This document shows, piece after piece, positions 58,451-64,000 of a stretch of 64,000 bases of DNA; the stretch's first letter is position 1, and every line of letters begins with the position of its first letter. A program made the position numbers and the translations under genes. Location: positions 6,262,001 to 6,326,000 of the forward strand of contig NC_092671.1 of the NCBI RefSeq assembly GCF_964355755.1, in the 5' to 3' direction. The stretch is from Antedon mediterranea. Taxonomy: Eukaryota > Animalia > Echinodermata. Below the pieces are notes generated by a model. It was not told the DNA's origin. It saw only the letters and a list, made by a program, of their open reading frames with translations, and ran no database searches.

Positions 58451-60918
58451 AAAGTTTTAACATAAGAAAAGATAAGATAGATGGCGTTAACTAGAAAGAT
58501 AGTTTGAATTTTACTTTCAATGCATGTTCGACATTGGTACACAGAATTTGGAAGAAAAAGAAATTTACGATATAATATGCATGTGAACCATATTGAAAGT
58601 AATAAATGCATACTTATTATTGAAAGTGATATTAATTTATATCAGATCATATGCCTACATCTCTGTCACAGATCTGTCGGTAGATAGGCCCTATATGGTT
58701 AAACGTTTCCGATATAAGTTCCCCAAAAATAAAACCGTAGATATTACTCCACCCCAAAATTATTGAAAGATGCTATGTTGATTAGTAAGTTTGTTTACTA
58801 TAAACTGTAGACCATTATTTAACTACATGCAATGGAACTTAATCTCCCCACAAAATTGCTGCTGTAAAAATCGTTCGTAAAAGTTTCATCATTTACCCAA
58901 CTAAAGAGGGCGCCACAACGTACTGTACTTAATTTATTGCCAAGTATTTTTACCAGCCGCGTTATTTAGATTATGCAAATGAGGAACAGTAGTCCTTATT
59001 GTGCATTCTTGGACATTAAACAATTGTCAACAATAAGACTTCGCTGATTTTATATCTGTCATGGAATCATCGCTGAACACCTCGTCCGGGAATGTATACT
59101 CTTTATAATTGTCAGTGGTGATTACATAATAAATAGATAAACCGGATAGCCCTAAACTCAGGAAAATCTATGATTGCTGAAAGTAGTAGGCTATTTTGGT
59201 ATCTGTGCTTTACTGTGTACGTTTAACAACTCATACTCTGTTTTTGTTTTGTGTATTGGATTAATATGGAGCTGAGACAACTACATTGTAGTCTCAGATA
59301 TGGAATAACATGAAGTGGATGTTATCGGCGGGAATATTACTTTATAGAATGGTAAGTAACATTTTATTATTTGTCATTCAATTGCTGAGTACAAAGAATT
59401 ATTTTTGGTATTTCTACACATGTTTTCAAGTTCAATCAACACTAAATAATACAAGCGTCCAACCACCTGTCGCCACCTGTAAAGTGTCACCACGAATATT
59501 CCTTTTTCACATTTAAGCTCGAAATGCTCAAATAATGTATTTATAGCACCACAGCTGCTAGTTATGTTAAAATAGAACATTTTCATTAACGTTAAGAGAG
59601 AAATAGGAAATGACAAAACTAACAATTATTCGCTGGAAACAACGTTTATTATTATTAATGTTTTGAACCGTTTGTTTCCTCAGTGTGAATGCGCGCTTCA
59701 TTTTACAAAAATACATCCACATTTAGAGGGCGCTAATAAATGTCCATCTAATATCGTCACTATCTTTCAAAACCCAAATATAAAGTGAAACATAAAATAA
59801 GAATTAAAAAAAAACGACAAATATTCTCGAATCGGATCATGATAAAAACGCACATCATTCTCCTCATAACAGAGTAGAAGTGAGGGCGTCCTAATTGTTT
59901 AAAATATGGAATAAAAATAGACTATTTCAGTAGGCATAGTATATTTAATAATGCGTCAATCTTATACTTTAAGCGCTTCACATTACCCCGGTATGTTTTG
60001 GATCTGATACGTCTGGAAACGCATTCCCTAATGTTGCAGCCAGTCAGCGCACTTGTGTTTTGACCTAATACCAGGTACCCATATGTACACCTGGGTACGG
60101 TCGAGAGAACACTATTATAAGTAAAGTATCTTTCCTAAAAGATCCTGAAATTTGTCAATGAATATCATTATTATTTATTTAACTACAAAAAACAGTAGAA
60201 AAGTACGAAACCACCAAATTGCATAACATAAGACAATGGCAAATATGATAACAAATGTCAATTATTGATGGTCCTTAACTAAAAATTTTGTAAGATAAAC
60301 TTGTATTTTTATCTTTTTCGGACTCTGCTTTCGTGTATTTCCTTTTCAATGTCTTATTCTATCGATTTACTTTTTTTACAGCTCACTATGTCGGTCGGTT
60401 GGTCGGTAAACACTAACTCAAATATGAGCACGCGAGTGCATGCAGCCATGTATATGACCTTGTTTTACTGTGTGTTGACGAAAGGAACTGTTTTTTTAAT
60501 TGAACCAAATTGAACACTCTACCTCATACCATAGAGAAATTAGTTAGGAACTAATTCCTCCATGCTAATACTAAAAATAATTGTCATACATGACACCGTT
60601 TCAAAGGAAAATGTTATTTTAAATATTAAAATATATAAGATGCTGAAGAATGTTATAGTTATTTGTAACATTATAATAATAGTATTGATCGTTAACACAT
60701 AATTCTAGATTATTATGTCACAATTAACATCAGAGCAAACCTCATAAAAGCCGTTGCTACAAGAAATACAAAGGCTTTAGTTATAAACAAGAAACCATAG
60801 CGACAAGAACTGTGGTATAATAAACAATTTGGAATCGCCATAGCTTCATTCATTCATCATTACTTCATTTAAATAACGTAAATTCACATCGCATCATGAA
60901 AATAATTATCTAAACTAA

Positions 60919-61067
60919 AGTTCTGTCTATACTATCAAACTAGTTTGACAACAAGTGTTTAGGTTAGTGATGCCCAAATATATAGTAGTTATATGACATA
61001 ATCATGTCCATAAATGGGCACATCACGTTTTGTCATATTATACTATTTGATATAGTGTAGACAGATC
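60919..61067. mobile_element. MITE family A, degenerate copy
   Basis: AGTTCTGTCTATACTATCAAACTAGTTTGAC...TAGTGTAGACAGA. Confidence 0.7.
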
Positions 61068-61671
61068 AAAGATCATTCTTAAACACATTCTGGATTTCTT
61101 TTTATTTACCCAAAAAAGGTAATCAGAAACCAAGGTAAATATAAACATACATACTGGAAGGGTTAGAAACTAAACCAGGTTAAACATTTAATAATTAAAT
61201 ACATTTGATTCTATCTTTCTGTATATATTTATTAAATTATGACAAATTTCTGTATGTTTGAACCATTTACTAATTTAAAACCTTGTAATTGATCATTTTG
61301 AAAAGTAGTACTACGCTACTAAAAATACAATATAGTAAATTTTAAAAAAATATATGAATTAAAAAAAAAGATTATATTTTGTAATATATTATTGTCTGTC
61401 TGCTAAATGTTACCGCGCACAAGTGCAAATAAAAGTACTGGTATTAGTGGTAATTAATTAATTCCCGATTACCAGAGGATATTTTAGAATTCGCACATGC
61501 ATATGGGATATCGTCGTTATAAACATCATGACCAAGACATTTCAGAAGATAAACCGGTTATAATATAAACCTTAAATTGATAAAATGAAATTGAGTATGA
61601 AAGTATGCAGAGTAGCTATATAGGTCGCTGTTGATCTTGCCACTGTTTCCAAATACACAGCATCCACCATG

Positions 61672-61930
61672 CTCTGTTTTACACTCTGCTTTACACTCTG
61701 CTTTACACTCTGCTTTACTCTCTGCTTATACTCTCTGCTTTACTCTCTGCTTTACTCTCTGCTTTACTCTCTGCTTTACTCTCTGCTTTACTCTCTGCTT
61801 TACACTCTGCTTTACACTCTGCTTTACACTCTGCTTTACACTCTGCTTTACTCTCTGCTTTACTCTCTGCTTTACTCTCTGCTTTACTCTCTGCTTTACT
61901 CTCTGCTGTACTCTTAGCTTTACTCTTAGT
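61672..61930. repeat. 12-bp minisatellite (CTCTGCTTTACW)n, ~20 copies
   Basis: Directly visible; it generates the repetitive ORFs in the track. Confidence 0.95.
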
Positions 61931-62008
61931 CTTCTTTTTAAACTGAAGTGTTATTGTATACAACAATTGTTCCGCTTTGTTTTAGTAGGCATGTTAAGGA
62001 GCATATTT

Positions 62009-64000
62009 TAGGCAAATCCTTCAAATTGTGATAACATTTTGAAACTTTGCACAGTTATTCATTAGGGTGTCAAAAATATGAAATGGAAGGGTTGCACAAA
62101 ATTTGGTCAGGGGAAAGCCGCCATTTTGGATTTCAAAATGGCTGACCTCAAATTTTCACTTGTCAGGTATATCTCTGCTAAAGAGGCACCTAGAGTTCTG
62201 ATTTTACCTGCAAAATATATGGTAGTGGGGTCACCAAACATATTGGTATAATTAACATTTGATTGCATGGCGGCCATGTTGGATTTCAAAATGGCGGACT
62301 TCAAATTTTCACTTTTCAGGTATATCTCTGCTAAAAAGGCACCTAGAATTGTGATTTTAGGTGCAAATTATAATTATGGTAATGGGGTCACCAAACATAT
62401 TGGTATAACTAACATTTTAATTTCATGGCGGCCATGTTGGATTTCAAAATCATAAATCACTCTTTCTGCATTTACAGCGTCCAAGATCACAGTCGGTGTG
62501 TCACAGCGATTTGTGACATCTGAAAGTTCCGGCAATGAACTCCAAACTGGACTAAATTTGTTGCCGTCCTTCCTCCATCCCCAGTTTGCTGGGTCCTGTT
62601 CAACCCTGAATGCATCTAGACAGTTGTACCACTTTCTGGCTTGTAGAAAAGACCGTTTCACATGTTCTCTTAATGCCGCAGATGTTGGGGGGATATTTTC
62701 AATAGTCTGTAGTAAAAAAATATCGTCTTGCATCATTTACCTTCTTTCTACATAGTTACAACAAACTGTTCTAGATAATCTGTGTCACTAACATCCCCTA
62801 CAGACAATGACATCGTCTCAAATTCCTTTCCTTGAACAGATGAAGTTGTATCACAACTGCTAAAGGAATGAAAGAACAAGTAAGCGGCTGATGCTTGTGA
62901 TCCAAGAGAAGTAATCTTGTGTATTGAGATATACTTCAAGTGCTTCCCCACTCCAAACTCGATCCAAAGCTCGTGGATGCCAGGTATTCTGTGGAAAGTT
63001 GACAATGAAATAACAACAACATCACTGTCTACAGTCTTGACAAGAATGCGCGGACAAATTTTAGCGGCATGTTTAACATGAACAAACATACGTTCATCTG
63101 CCTCTTCTATGTTACTTGGCATCAGCGGTTTTATATTTACAGACTGGTTTGTTACAGCTCTGTCTCTCAGAGACCCTACAAACATTCCGTGATTTGTGTC
63201 AATGTTCTCTACTACTTCAGTTACAATTAATGAAACAACTCTGATTTGTTGTCATCATATCTCGAATATGTGGTCCAATTGTTGGGCATGCTCCCACTGG
63301 CTTTGACGCCCCTCATTACACCAGAGCCGCGGTTTGAACGCGTACTAGACTTTAAACCGTCGTTAAAGTATCTATCGAAAACCAAATCTGGTCACGTCAC
63401 TGATCGACTGTACACAATGATGTTGTTGTCAGCTTTCCACAGAATACCTGGCATCCACGAGCTTCGGATCGAGTTTGGAGTGGGGAAGCACTTGAAATAC
63501 ATCCCAATACACAAGATTGCTTCTTCTCTTGGATCACAAGCATCAGCCGCTTACTTGTTCTTTCATACCATTAGCGGTTGTGATAGAACTTCATCTGTTT
63601 AAGGAAAAGGTAAAGCTACATTTAACGAGACTTTGAAAAAGATGCCATGTATGACTCCAGTTTTTGAGAGGATGTCATTGTCTGTAGGGCATGTTAGTGA
63701 AACAGACACAGATTATCTAGAACAGTTTGTTGTAACTATGTCTACTGCAGAACATTTAATGATGCAAGACGATATCTTTTTACAACAAGAGAAAGACTAT
63801 TGAAAATATCCCCCAACATCTGCGGCATTAAGAGAACATGTGAAACGGAAGCCAAGAAGTGGTACGACTGTCTAGATGCATTCAGGGTTGAACTAACAGG
63901 ACCCAGCGAACTGGGGATAGAGGAAGGACGGCAACAAATTTAGTCCAGCTTGGAGTTCATTGCCGGAACTTTCAGATGTCACAAAGGTTTTAATTCGCTG
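62009..64000. mobile_element. Decayed Academ-like DNA transposon end with inverted-duplicated XPG/FEN1-like nuclease coding fragments
   Basis: Starts TAGGC; ~155-bp sub-terminal repeats with GCCAT.TTGGATTTCAAAATGGC. Minus strand encodes EEADERMFVHV..TVDSDVVV..FFHSFSSCDTTSSVQGK..IPPTSAALREHVKRS..WGW. A plus-strand copy of part of this region spans 63421-63985. Confidence 0.65.

Noticed and set aside
61631-62011. Repetitive ORFs (FTLC / LLYS / AESK)n
   Set aside because: Artefacts of a 12-bp minisatellite; no splice or domain support.

Overview
AT-rich, intron-containing animal genomic DNA, probably an invertebrate deuterostome (inferred from Deu/Nin-core SINEs and a DKK3-type gene). I assembled five spliced genes by hand from GT-AG junctions. 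(1) STK33 kinase (-, 10 coding exons, ~454 aa). (2) A ~670-aa BCL-G/BID-like Bcl-2-fold protein (+) with a very long loop, an LEVD|G site, BH3, BH2 and no TM anchor. (3) A tandem ~168-aa BID-like paralogue (+) with a DMVD|G site and BH3. (4) Dickkopf-3-like (-, ~300 aa). (5) A secreted GH3 beta-xylosidase-like enzyme (+, ~734 aa). Between DKK3 and GH3 is a 2.55-kb P-element-like transposon (28-bp TIRs, 7-bp TSD). It carries two convergent decayed genes: a PHD finger and a zinc-binding domain resembling the RAG1 N-terminus. Across the window are at least nine 14-35-bp CA...TG palindromic remnants, most flanked by 7-bp duplications, which look like excision footprints of this type of element. 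Also present: a Harbinger derivative, several MITE families, a DINE/HINE-like element, SINEs, Penelope remnants, an inverted-duplicated Academ-like nuclease region and many tandem repeats. All homology calls come from remembered motifs; no searches were run.
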